From: Mayamaea pseudoterrestris
Lineage: Eukaryota
NCBI GenBank assembly: GCA_027923505.1
Contig: BROI01000025.1
Location: forward strand, 1 to 64,000
Direction: 5' to 3'
DNA: 64,000 nt
The position numbers were made by a program, and so were the translations under genes. Positions 23,201 through 34,083 of this stretch are shown one piece after another. Numbering within the stretch: position 1 is the stretch's first letter; every line of letters starts with the position of its first letter. The notes beneath the pieces were generated by a model that saw nothing but the letters and a program-made list of their open reading frames with translations, searched no databases and was not told the DNA's origin.

Positions 23201-25930
23201 GGAATCGCGAAGAAAGTGGCCGAGGGCAACGTCTTGCATGGAATAGTAGCATATACCTTTCACCTCCGCCGGGCAACACTGGCTCTTTTGCGTCATCCAA
23301 ACCGAAGTAATCAAGATCGATTGGTGGTCAAAAGCCGTAATCTCGCCAGTGCTGGTACGAGGTATTTTTTCTGCATTACTTCCATTCCAAGGACGAACCT
23401 TCTTTCCGGCAGGAGGCGCACCATAATCCACGCAAAGCGATGAGCTGAAAGCGTTGCGTTCGGAAATTTGGAAATTAGGACGGATACGTACACTGCGTTC
23501 ACGAAAGTAGCTTGTTTCAAGACGTAGATTGTAAGCAACATTGACCAAAAATCGAAAAACGACTTTTAATTGTTTCAAGGCATCCTTTTGCGCCCCACGC
23601 AAAACGACCGTACATCCTAAATGCTTGGGGCAACCCTCCAACAAGACGAAAGTTTGAGCCACACCACGCTTGGCAAGTCCAGCCTTGACTGCCTCAGAGC
23701 CGTCAAGAACATGTTCTCCCAATTGCCTCGCAACTAATGCTGCTTGCCGATCATGATACATCGCCTCCGGATCGGCCAAGAGAGCTTCAATTGAACGCAA
23801 CGGACGACGAGGTAGAGCCAACACTGCGTCTTCGGCAACTCGCCGGGCAGATTGCTCTTCAGCATTTGTCCACACTTCATTGTCGCGAAAAGTCACCATT
23901 CGGAACCGATGACATCGGCCAACCATAGTTTCTTCCATAGCGGCACCATCCATATCGTGATCTGGATGCAGCATGAGATTTTTAATCTCTTCCGTTGTTA
24001 AGATTTTTGCTTGCGTCTGCCGAGCTATCCGTTGCAATAAATTGGGCTTCACGTGACTTATCAGGGTAATGTTTGATTGCGAAAGCATTTCCAGGGCACG
24101 TCGACAAACAGTTCCGCCCGTCAAAATCACGTCTGGTTGAAATTTTTGCAGCAACTGGCTCACTAGCCTGTCCAGGAATTTGTCTTCAAACTCCATCAAC
24201 GTGTCGAGTGAGGAAAGCACGACTGGCTCGTCGGTAGCAGATGTTGCAGTACCAGAGTTGGAAGATGCGCCCGCTGCATTTGCATTCCCAGCGCTGCCTC
24301 CTCGTCGCGACGAAGACGTTGCCGCCGAAATAGTGCTGCCGTATCGACTAATGGCACCCCGACCGACATCAGCGTGCCGACCACTGCCAGCGCTCACATT
24401 CGACGACGAAACCATGGACAGCATGGGCTGATAAAATTCTATACCGTTCTGCAGGAGCAAGATTCGTGGCTGATGAATGTTCGCCCGCATCACTTTATGC
24501 GAAACAGTTCTGCGAAACATGACGCCGCTAAAGTAGGCACAGTCCCTTCCCAGATCGCGTCCTCCAGCAATCGTCTTGATCTTTACATGCGGGCAAACGT
24601 CAAGCAAGTCACCATTCTCCTTGACGTTTGGATTGACTCGTGAAACAGTCTTGGTGGCGAGCGATAGCAACGTATTGATCCATGCCGCGTGGTGTCGATC
24701 GGCCGAGATTTGTTTCTTCCTACTTGAGCTTGGTGTAGCATGCATGTTCCAAAGAATGGGCGCATGTAGCTGCAGCAAGTGTTTCGCAACGACCTGCAAG
24801 TGACTGGCCGCCGTTGCTCCCAAATGCACGTTTCCCTCCCGTCGTGTCGCTGGAGCAGTTGTAGACGATTGACTTGCTGGTAAAGCATCAACGGAAGGAC
24901 TTTTGACTACCGCTGCAGATAAATCATCCGTCCGAATGCCTTTCGCTCCATCTAAATGTATATCGTCGTTTGCTTTAGATTGCATAACTGAACTTTTTGT
25001 GTCGTCTGGAGGAGGGGCAGGGGCATCGGTGGAGCACTGTTCAGGCATTTCGTTCACTGCTTGATCCGTTGCAGTCTCATCTTCCTTGACAACCTGCTTG
25101 GTAGCAGAAACAAGATTGCACTTTTCCTTCCATCGACATTTCACGCAAACATGTTGCGATACCGACAAGTGCGTCATGGTGGCTTGACATTTGCGACACT
25201 GCGGCTGATTCGCCAGGAGCTGCAACTGCAGCCGTTGCTTCCGCCGCTCTCTCCATGACAAGCTATTGTCTGGAATCAAGTCTCCAACTTGTTCCTCTTT
25301 AACAGAATCATCTTGTCGCTTGTCTTTTCGTCTGCTCACGGAATCCTTGACAGTATTTACATTGTTGATTGCAGCGTTTGCTTTCGCCTGATTACTTTGT
25401 TGCTGCTGCTGCTGCTCCAACGACGACGGCACCATCCACAATTCCTGCTCACTCGCCTCCCATTCAAAGTCCAAAGTCTCCTCCACTTGTTTATCATCAG
25501 CATGATTCTGTCCTGCTCCATGTTTCAAAGACGAAACGGCGTTCGCATCCGCTTGCTGCTGCTGCTGCTCCGATAGTGTCGCCAGTGCCGAAAGCTGCGA
25601 AAGGTGATTCAGCCAGTCGGGCGGAACATCGGGATGCTGCGCGCGCTGCTGCGTGGATCCGTACGGCGGAAACTGCGTCAATATGTAGTCGTTGCGACTG
25701 TTTTCGTCGTCGCTTCCTGCTGCCGTCAAGCGAGGGTGGTGCTGGTGGTGACGACCAATGCTGGCAATGGCAGAAGTATGCCATGGAAAAAATAGCCATT
25801 GATTATTGTGAATGCTGCTCGCATTGTCTGGAGTACTAGCATCGTCTGTTTTAGTCATGATGAATATAAACGGGAGAGAAAGATTGCAGCCATGACAACA
25901 TTCAATTTCCAATTGTTGAGTGTCGCCCAT
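20221..25930 (-). CDS. FAB1: 1-phosphatidylinositol-3-phosphate 5-kinase (FAB1/PIKfyve); 3 exons; start may be 25858
   Basis: CCT-like domain (VKIKTIAGG, LEGCPKHLGCTVVLRG), CCR domain (YYSMQDVALGHFL, SFGKFLE), PIPK domain (SGGKSGASF, FDLKGS, LDYSILVG, GIIDF, PTII.P..YK.RF). Introns 21705-21777 and 20385-20462. Confidence 0.93.
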
Positions 25931-26512
25931 CGGCTGTGTGATGCTGCCGCGTCCGACTGATGTCGCAGCAGTTCTTAATTGTCACACCGGTTCCCAAGTT
26001 TCAAGTGAGTCCGCTCGTTTGGTTGCGTCACACCTCCAACAATCACAGTCTCTTTCCTGATCTCCCGCCATGGTCTCCATTCCAAAGGTTCTAAGCAACA
26101 AGACGGTTCTAACAGGGTAAGGAAGTAATAAATACTTTACTAGAGTCTAGAGGCGACAACGGCAATTGGTTGCGATTACAAATTCTCTCCAAGTACCCTT
26201 CATCGACCCTCGATGGCACGAACGTTGCCTCGATGCGAAGAAAAAAGAGGATAACATTGAAACGTGACATCTTTGATTTTAAATGACAAGTAAAGTACAA
26301 AGGTCCCAGCTTTTAAAAAGGAGCTTGGTCAATCGGCGCGTCTTTAGTGATTGGGCCGTGAAAGGAGCATTTTCATAGTCCATAACGAGACGGAGCAATG
26401 GGCTGCAGTACCTTTTCCCCTTCGTACGAATGATATAGCAACATTCCTGCTTAATTCGAAAGTGACGGAAACGTGAATTTTGATCGAGATCGAGTCAAAC
26501 GCGGCAGGTAAA

Positions 26513-27596
26513 CGTTGCGATTTTTGAATGGTTCGAGCCAGATGTAATTACTGTCGTAATCATAGAGGACCATGATGTATTGATTCCCGTTGAGCGAGGG
26601 ATTAAATACTTTGCCAGTTTGATCAGTATAGATTTGACCAGTAGGCTGGAAGAAGGAGGCGTAGCAATGGTGGCGCGTTGCAACGGTTCCTTCTTGTAAC
26701 GGAAAGAAGAGGTCAGTGTCGTTGACAGCGTCCACGTTTGTTGTTGTTGCTGGCGTCTTGGTGGAGCGAATGCCTTGACGCAAAGCTTTCATGTGGCCTT
26801 TATGCATGGCAATGGAGGCGGGCGGGTGCTGGGGGAGGTTGCTGGCGGTGAGGCCCGGAAAATGTGGTAGCAAGCCTTTGGAAAGGGCAGCCTCAAGGGT
26901 GCGGAGACTGGGCGAGCCAAGGGAGGCATGATAGAACTTGAGGAGCTCAGGCAACTTGGGATCACCAATGGTAGTAAGAGCGCTCTGGGGCAACGGTGCA
27001 GGGAGCTCCATTTGCCAGAGTCCAGTGGTCGGACACCGAGCGCCACTCAGGATGAGCTCTTCTTGATAATGCACGAGGACTCGTTCCTTGTCAAAGGAAA
27101 TGAGGCAGCCTGCATCACAAAGTGTGCCAAGGGAAAGGAGTGAGTGAGTTGATAAAGCAGGAACAATATGAGCTTTAGTGGCCGACTCGGGCAGGCCGGG
27201 GATGTTGAGCGTTGCCTCATGTGTTGAATGCATGAGGGTGCCGTTGGGAGTTTGAATTGCAAGTGGGTGTGTCGTTGCAATCTTGTTTAAGATGGGAGCG
27301 CTAACGGTGACAAAGTGGGCAGAGGCGCCACTGTCAGCTATGAGGGTAAAAGTAGGATTGGCGGGAGGAGCAGTGATAGAGGATAACAAAAAACAAGTAC
27401 TATAAGCATGTGACATGTTGCTATAGGTGTTATCAATCACTGGCGTCCCTCCATCTCAGCTGCGAGGGTTGGCCGGGTTGCGGGGACTCATCTTGGTAAG
27501 GGTGCCACCCATGGTATTGTCAGCTGTCGCCGTGCTGACATGATTGGGACCAGGGTTCTGGCAAGTAGCACTGGTGTGGCGGTAGTTGAGGCCGAA
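26513..27596 (-). mobile_element. Internal fragment of a different Copia family (gag C-terminus, in-frame TGA, PR, GAG-pre-integrase, integrase start)
   Basis: gag-end H.SATC...GPNH...AT..NTMGG, protease ADSGASAHF, LLSLGTLCDAGC, TGLW, HASLGSP, IYTDQTG...YDYDSNYI. Homology ends near 26513. Confidence 0.85.
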
Positions 27597-27925
27597 TGAC
27601 ACGATAATATCAGACGAACCTTTATTCCAGCGACTACAATGGACTAGGAGCGATCAACCTCTTCGTCCAGCGTAAAGCAAACAAACAAACTCAATTGCTA
27701 GAATAGTGCATGTTACTCGCTACTCTACTCGTGCGCTTCTTTCTCGTTCTCACTGGGTTCACGGTCGAGGTTCACGCCTCGATCGTCAGCGATTTCACTC
27801 ATGTATGTGAGGATTCGGTCACAAGTGTGACTCAACCCTGCACAGGATTAAATGCATACAAAACACAGGTAACTAACCGTCTTGTCATAAGACGCAGGTC
27901 AACTCAACTCAATAATATTGTGTCA
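27597..27925 (-). repeat. 3' LTR, 329 bp
   Basis: TGACAC...GTGTCA terminal inverted repeat; direct repeat of 33755-34083. Confidence 0.95.
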
Positions 27926-27936
27926 TCCCCCTTGAT

Positions 27937-29925
27937 CTAGGCTTGTGACAACGATCGGTTTGCCGTATCACCCTTCCAGAAAAGAATCGGAATGATCAGG
28001 GGTCGGAACGTGGCATGCGGCAAGAACTTGGTAAGAACGTCGGCGACGTTCTGCTTGCCGAAGATGTGCTCAAAGTACAGAACATTGCTTGCAATGGCCT
28101 CGCGAACTCGGTGGTAGGCGAGCGCATTGTGTCGCTTAGAAAGTGTGGAGTGCGGGATCGTTGACGACTTCTTGACACTTTCGTTGTCACCGAACATCCA
28201 GGCTGGTCCACTCAAAGGAACTCCCAACATGCGTAGGAGTGTCGAAATGATAATCTGTTCGTCGCGGTCTTGGCGACGACGAACCGGATCCGTACGTTGC
28301 AGTCTCGACAGTATTCTGACGCTTGCAGAACCATTCGACGGCGTCTGGTTCGGAAATGCAGGACTCCCATGCGGAACGCTCAGTAGTGTAATCATGGTAC
28401 AGGTTTGCGTCCATAAAGGTAGTTAGTTGCACAGGCTTGCCCTTCGGGATCGGCATGTTCCACGGAAGCTCTTCGCTTGAGTTGCCGTGAGACCGATTGC
28501 AACCAAACATCCAAACATGGTCTCGTAGTTCTTGAGCATGCGACCGACGTAGGTCTTCGCGCTCATGCAGAGAGTTCCATCGGGATCACGATAGAAGTCG
28601 GCTCCAAGGTGATACTTGATGTCGCCGACGCCCTTCAACTTGTACTTGTACTTGTTCTTGAGGAGGTCTGTGAAGGCTTGTGGATCTTTCATGGCCATAG
28701 CCAGATCGTCGACGAACACGCCGACGTACTCGTAGTGAGTGCCACAGTCTTTCATCCAGACGTCAGGGTCCGCGTAACTGGGGTAGAATCCAATGTCGCG
28801 GAGTGTGTCGGCAAAGTGCTCATGCCAACGCGCGCCAGAAGTGCGCAATCCGTAAAGTGCCTTGTAGATGACCAAGGTATGGCCTTCCAATGGTCCAAAC
28901 TCGGGACCGGCAACAATGTAGACCTTTTCCTTGGTCTTGGCCTCGAGGTAGGCGTTACCGACATCGGCAGCCCAAAACTTGAGGTCGTTCAGTTCAGCTA
29001 ACAGTGCTATGGTTCGAATGCTTCGCATAGATACAACGCCGGAGTAGGCGGAGTCCTTGGGCGGAGCGGTCAAATGTCCCCCGGCGACGAGTCGGGCCTT
29101 ACGTCGTAGGTCGTTCTTGCAGTCGAAAACAAGATGCGCGTTGATGCGCTTCCAGTCACTTTCCATGAAGGCACCGATGCCCTTGTCGATGAAAGTGTCG
29201 TACTCGTGTAGCTGCTCCATCTCAGTCTTGACGGCGTCAGCCCACAGGGTGTTTCCATTAGCAGCGTCGAGGCGGTTCGCTTCCTTCCAGGTATTAGGAA
29301 CTTGAACGCCAAACTTGAAACGCGCTTCTTGGACACGGTTCTTCTTTGCAGCCTTGCACATGCGGTTAAACATTTTAGTGCGTCCTGCCATGCGCTTCAA
29401 GCGCTTCCATCCATCCTTGTCCAGCATACCCTTGCGCTTGCCGTACTCGGCAACGGTCACAGGGTCGGACTTGATAATCAATGCGAGTGGCTCCCAGGTC
29501 TTCTCGCCATTTGCCCATTGGATGAGCAAGTTGTAGGATGAGCCGCGATACGTAGCGTCGGCTTGTGTCAGTGGACCTTCATGTCCGTCAATGAAATCAA
29601 ACTTGTAGTACTGGTCGTCGTTGTCATCGTCCCCCAGTCGTAAAGAATCTTGCCGCTCGCACAGGTCGGCTAGTTCGTTGTAGGTAATAAGCTCGTCGAC
29701 ATCGCCGTCGCCGAGACTCAATCGAAACTTGATAATCTTGTGGTTGGCTTCATCGCGATCGTTCAGTTGCTCGATAACCTTGTAACGTCGCGTGGAGCCG
29801 TCTTCCTCGTCAAGAAGGACAGTGCGTCCCATCAGTTCAGCCGGAGTAAAGGACGGCATGGGTCCGTCGGGATCCAAACCGGCTAACTCGGCAGCGCTTT
29901 CCAACGTGAATGCGTCTTCATCCAC
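27937..29925 (-). pseudogene. Copia pol 3' part: chromodomain-like segment, RT, frameshifted/deleted RNase H
   Basis: ORF 28423-29925 carries RT. RNase H pieces are spread over ORFs 28187-28510 (KRQNTVETATYGS) and 27937-28395 (FGDNESV, KRHNALAYHRVRE, ADVLTK). Confidence 0.88.
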
Positions 29926-29938
29926 GGCTCCCCCAGAA

Positions 29939-32900
29939 TCAGGCGCGGGGTCGGTGTAAGGTCGTGTTCAAACACCGACCGACTAGGTCATACTCATCGT
30001 CAAACTCGTCGACAGTTTCGACTTGAACTCGTTCACGCGCGGGGCGCGCGTCGAAGACAGGTTCCGCGAACAGTGGTCGTTCGGACTCGGGTTCAGGAGC
30101 GCTTTCAGCTTCAGCGCGTAGGTTACGCCCTTCGGAGAAGGGACGAACGTTGGATCGGACGACAACCATTCCAGTCCGATCGGATCGAACTTGGTACGTG
30201 AGGATGTCACCCTTGTTCTCTGCAATGCCGACCCAGCGTCCTGCTGCTTCCTTGGTGTGAGGAAATGTCGGCGGCTCGTCGGCTCCAGCTTCGTACAGGA
30301 CTCGTTCCCAGAACTTGAACTGCAGGAACGGCGAAATGTCGGGTACTCGGTTAAAGGCGGCTTCAGTAGGGGTCTTCCAGTTGAGGGACTCGGTCGCCAG
30401 ATTGTTGAATAAGGCGATTACGTACAGCGCGCATAGGAGCCAGGCTCCAGCCGGTGCGCCCGTACGGTTCATGATGTTCTGGACTGATGACTTGACTTCT
30501 TGGATGCGACGCTCGGCAGGGTTCTGGTTCTGGTATCCGGGCTCGCTCTGTTGGTCACGAATCGCGTAGAATCGCAACAAGGTTTCAACTTGTTTCCTGA
30601 GCTGCACTCGCGAGTTATCGCTAATGAGCAAGTCGGGAGCGCCAATGTCTCGAATGAAGTCTTCGAGCGCCATGGGCATGTCACTCTCGGTTCTCAGTGG
30701 GTATCCCCTCGTCAGCAGACTCTTCTTGCCGACGAACAGTTGCATCATCTTGCATCCGCCATGGCCGCGGATTCCGTCGTTAAAGGCGGCTTCCTTGGAA
30801 AACCAGGTATCTGTCGCCGTATCGTCATGGAAACGAACCACATTGGCGGCAGGGAATCGCGACTTAAAGTGTTGGCGAAATGGGGTGTGTGCCGATGCAC
30901 GGAAAAGCTGTGTCGTATTCTTAATGGTGCGCTTGACTCGTTCAAGTGGCGTGTAGCCAAGGTAGGGTCGAAGCGCTTGGTAGTCAGGTTCTTGTGGCAT
31001 TATGCGTTGTGCATTGGCTTGGCGCGTCGTATCAGCCTGATTGCGATCAACATACTGCACCACACGTTCCACTGAGTTCATGTTGTTCCTGTAGGTGGCG
31101 TCGCCGAAGTCATCCATGCGGGCGTCGACGAAACCGTGGTTTTCTTCCAATTCGTCGAAGCGATTAAACTCAAGTTCTTCTTCGTTCCATTCATTATCCA
31201 GCTCCGCCGGATCCCAAAGGGTGTCCGCAGAGAAAATGACCGTCGGATACATTTCCAACTCTGCGTCCGTCGGTGGACGCATATCCATACGAGGCAAGCC
31301 GTCACGGATCGCCAAGGGGATGGTCTTGCCACAACTGGTGACAATGGCTTGTGCTCCATTCTGGGAGCGAGCGACGTCGTCGATCAGATGGCCGAACGAA
31401 CGAAGCTGCGATGGAGCATGAATGGATTCAGCACCGTCGTGCAAAGCATACTGGTTGAACTGACCGATAATGGGTCCAGTCCGAGTCTCAATCAATGCGA
31501 CGCCAGTTCCGACTTGAAGGTCGCGAACCGTGTGGTCGCTCAAACCTGTCACGTTACACGTGTGGTTGGTAGTACTCAAGATTCTCATGTCGCTTCCAGC
31601 GAGTCCACCGTTCGCACCGCCGTCAATCAGCGATCCTTGGCGGGTCTCGTTGCTGCGAGCTCGATTCACAGTGTAGCGCACCGATACCATTGCGCGGTAC
31701 CGACGGCCGTCGCTTCCCATAAACTCTTGCTGGGTGTTATTCGCAGCTTGAGTGCGAGACGACGCGGCGTTCGCAAGGAAAGATCTAATCATGTCATCCG
31801 GTGCACCTTGAGTGGCTGTCGTCGGGGCGATCGAGACAGCGTCATTCTGATACAAGATTGTACCAGGCACCGAGGCAGCCGCTTGTGACTGCTGGTTATT
31901 CGCGCGGTTGCCATTGTTCGCGCGTCTTGTTGTGGCGGGTCTTGGGACGGCTTCGCGTCGAGCCATGAGCTGAGCGTATTCGTCCTCGTTAAGTCGGCCG
32001 AGTCGTTCGTACGACATGTACGACCAGGGGGCCTGCAACAACTGTTCAAAGTTCAGATAATCGCCAGGGAATCGTTCCCGATGCGCTTGCGTACCGGCTG
32101 CTGGTAGTGGCGCGGAAGAGCCTCGTCCTCCGGAACCGCGGCCCGATTGGGTGCCACGTCCACCGTCTCGTCCACCGCCGCGTCCGCCTTGGCCGCCGCG
32201 TCCTCCGCCACGGCCGGAACCGCGTCCATTACCACGTCCTTGCCCGGAAGTGTTCGCGTTGTTCGCTTGGCGGTCGGCGTTCTTCTTGCCCTTGTTCAAC
32301 TTGGCGTTCTTGTTGTCGACGCGCAGAGCCTGCTGCGACAACATGTCGAAAAGATAGTCATAATCTTCCGTTAAGACGGCATCTGGGTCACCGTTTGCGT
32401 TGATGATGCGTCGTCGTTCAAATGTCAAGTGCTGGTCGAATGTCGTGCACGTGGGACCGAATTCTTCGTCGCCCTCCACTGCAGCTCGGAGCCAGTAGTA
32501 CTTCTTCTTGTCATCCGTCACTCCAGGACGGAACTCTTCGAGATTCTTCATGAGCTGTTCGATGTAGTTTAGGAACTTGTAGTGTCCTTTCGTCCAGGTC
32601 GAATCTAGGCGAATCGTCGCAAGCTTGGCTTGCAGTTCGTTCGCTTGGATGGTAGCTAACTCGCCGGAACCAAACTTGGTCGCGAGTTCGCGATAGACGC
32701 TCTGAGCGTCAGACTTGTCACCGTACTTCATTAGGAGCGACTGGTGTCCAGGGACTTCGAGACAATTGCGAAACGCAGTGTACATGAAGATTTGCTGATT
32801 CTCGAACTCTTGCTTCTCTTCTTCCGTGACTGGTACGTACTTGCTGTCGAGCACGTTAGAACAGCCATGGAGCTTGGCGATTGCCTTGGTAGACGCGCTC

Positions 32901-33535
32901 CAACTCAACCACGCGTGGGGATGTTGGAACGTTTTGTAGTCCTTGTAGTCTCGCTTCGTCTTGAGGTTCGAGAAACGACCCTTGGCATCTTCTTCCTTTT
33001 CGGCCTTCTCAGCCTTGATATTCTCATTTTCGAGTTGCTTGGCAAGTAGCTCGGCTTGCTTCTTCTTGGACTCGAGCTCGTAGTATCCTTCTTCACGCTT
33101 CCGACCGATTTCTTGTTCGGCGAGTATCTCTTGGAATCGCTCGAGCTTGCCTAAGTCGAGCAACGCCCACTTCCTGGTGGTAGGGGGTCCGTCGTGCATG
33201 TTAAACCATTCGCATGCATCGAGGATAAGGTTCACGTAGACTGGTGCTAGTGTCGTTTCGTATCGTACTGGGGCGGCGGCTTCTTGTTCTTCGGCCGGTT
33301 CTTCGGCCGGCTCGTCGCCCGGCGGCGCATCGTCGGGTTGCGCGCCTTCAGGTTGTCCAACGCCAGCTTGAATGGCGGCTCTGTCGACCCAGTAGGGGGC
33401 TTCAAGTTGCTCCTTGGTCAATCTCAACATCTGGGTAGTGGTGGTTACATTCCAAAACAAGAACGCTTCTTGGATGTCTCGTCCGAAAACGTTCGTGCAG
33501 AGAAGCTGCAAAGCTTCCGCAGTAATCGAAACCAT
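29939..33535 (-). CDS. Copia gag-PR-integrase ORF
   Basis: Long ORF with an RGG-rich gag tail, protease DGGANGG and integrase D,D,E motifs. Confidence 0.88.
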   Translation of the reverse strand: MVSITAEALQLLCTNVFGRDIQEAFLFWNVTTTTQMLRLTKEQLEAPYWVDRAAIQAGVGQPEGAQPDDAPPGDEPAEEPAEEQEAAAPVRYETTLAPVYVNLILDACEWFNMHDGPPTTRKWALLDLGKLERFQEILAEQEIGRKREEGYYELESKKKQAELLAKQLENENIKAEKAEKEEDAKGRFSNLKTKRDYKDYKTFQHPHAWLSWSASTKAIAKLHGCSNVLDSKYVPVTEEEKQEFENQQIFMYTAFRNCLEVPGHQSLLMKYGDKSDAQSVYRELATKFGSGELATIQANELQAKLATIRLDSTWTKGHYKFLNYIEQLMKNLEEFRPGVTDDKKKYYWLRAAVEGDEEFGPTCTTFDQHLTFERRRIINANGDPDAVLTEDYDYLFDMLSQQALRVDNKNAKLNKGKKNADRQANNANTSGQGRGNGRGSGRGGGRGGQGGRGGGRDGGRGTQSGRGSGGRGSSAPLPAAGTQAHRERFPGDYLNFEQLLQAPWSYMSYERLGRLNEDEYAQLMARREAVPRPATTRRANNGNRANNQQSQAAASVPGTILYQNDAVSIAPTTATQGAPDDMIRSFLANAASSRTQAANNTQQEFMGSDGRRYRAMVSVRYTVNRARSNETRQGSLIDGGANGGLAGSDMRILSTTNHTCNVTGLSDHTVRDLQVGTGVALIETRTGPIIGQFNQYALHDGAESIHAPSQLRSFGHLIDDVARSQNGAQAIVTSCGKTIPLAIRDGLPRMDMRPPTDAELEMYPTVIFSADTLWDPAELDNEWNEEELEFNRFDELEENHGFVDARMDDFGDATYRNNMNSVERVVQYVDRNQADTTRQANAQRIMPQEPDYQALRPYLGYTPLERVKRTIKNTTQLFRASAHTPFRQHFKSRFPAANVVRFHDDTATDTWFSKEAAFNDGIRGHGGCKMMQLFVGKKSLLTRGYPLRTESDMPMALEDFIRDIGAPDLLISDNSRVQLRKQVETLLRFYAIRDQQSEPGYQNQNPAERRIQEVKSSVQNIMNRTGAPAGAWLLCALYVIALFNNLATESLNWKTPTEAAFNRVPDISPFLQFKFWERVLYEAGADEPPTFPHTKEAAGRWVGIAENKGDILTYQVRSDRTGMVVVRSNVRPFSEGRNLRAEAESAPEPESERPLFAEPVFDARPARERVQVETVDEFDDEYDLVGRCLNTTLHRPRA

Positions 33536-33754
33536 GATAATGAATACCTCGCTTTCCGCAAGTCCTTTCTCACACAACAACCGCTCTCAATGCGGTCGAG
33601 CCTTATACGATCCTGTTCTACGCGCTCGTGCCAAGTATTCGGATTGACGACGCCGCAAGGAATCTGCTCTTTCTCTCTCAATTTCTCGATTCTTTCACTC
33701 TCTCTCTTTCGCACAGCTCTCTCAGGTCAAGACAAGCTAGCAAGACTGTTAATC

Positions 33755-34083
33755 TGACACGATAATATCAGACGAACCTTTATTCCAGCGACTACAATGG
33801 ACTCGGAGCGATCAACCTCTTCGTCCAGCGTAAAGCAAACAAACAAACTCAATTGCTAGAATAGTGCATGTTACTCGCTACTCTACTCGTGCGCTTCTTT
33901 CTCGTTCTCACTGGGTTCACGGTCGAGGTTCACGCCTCGATCGTCAGCGATTTCACTCATGTATGTGAGGATTCGGTCACAAGTGTGACTCAACCCTGCA
34001 CAGGATTAAATGCATACAAAACACAGGTAGCTAACCGTCTTGTCATGAGACGCAGGTCAACTCAACTCAATAATATTGTGTCA
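33755..34083 (-). repeat. 5' LTR, 329 bp
   Basis: Direct repeat of 27597-27925. Confidence 0.95.

Larger units (their letters stand above)
27597..34083 (-). mobile_element. Ty1/Copia (CoDi-like) LTR retrotransposon, 6487 bp, internally degenerate, no TSD
   Basis: Two 329-bp LTRs with 3 differences seen. PPT AAGGGGGA next to the 3' LTR. PR IDGGANGG; IN TDTW/ISDN/QNPAERRI; RT KARLVAGGH/ALYG/FVDD; RNase H broken by frameshifts. Confidence 0.94.

Noticed and set aside
26100..26512. Unexplained segment between the FAB1 promoter and the Copia fragment
   Set aside because: No terminal repeats, TSD or credible ORF found by eye.
27871..27884. Partial LTR match to the PBS of the second Copia (self-priming alternative)
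   Set aside because: Only ~11/13 identity and located near the U3 start; the tRNA-Asn half explains the PBS better.
27710..27940. Signal-peptide-like ORF (MLLATLLVRFFLVL...) in both 329-bp LTRs
   Set aside because: Antisense to the element, short, has no stop within the LTR and shows no homology cues.
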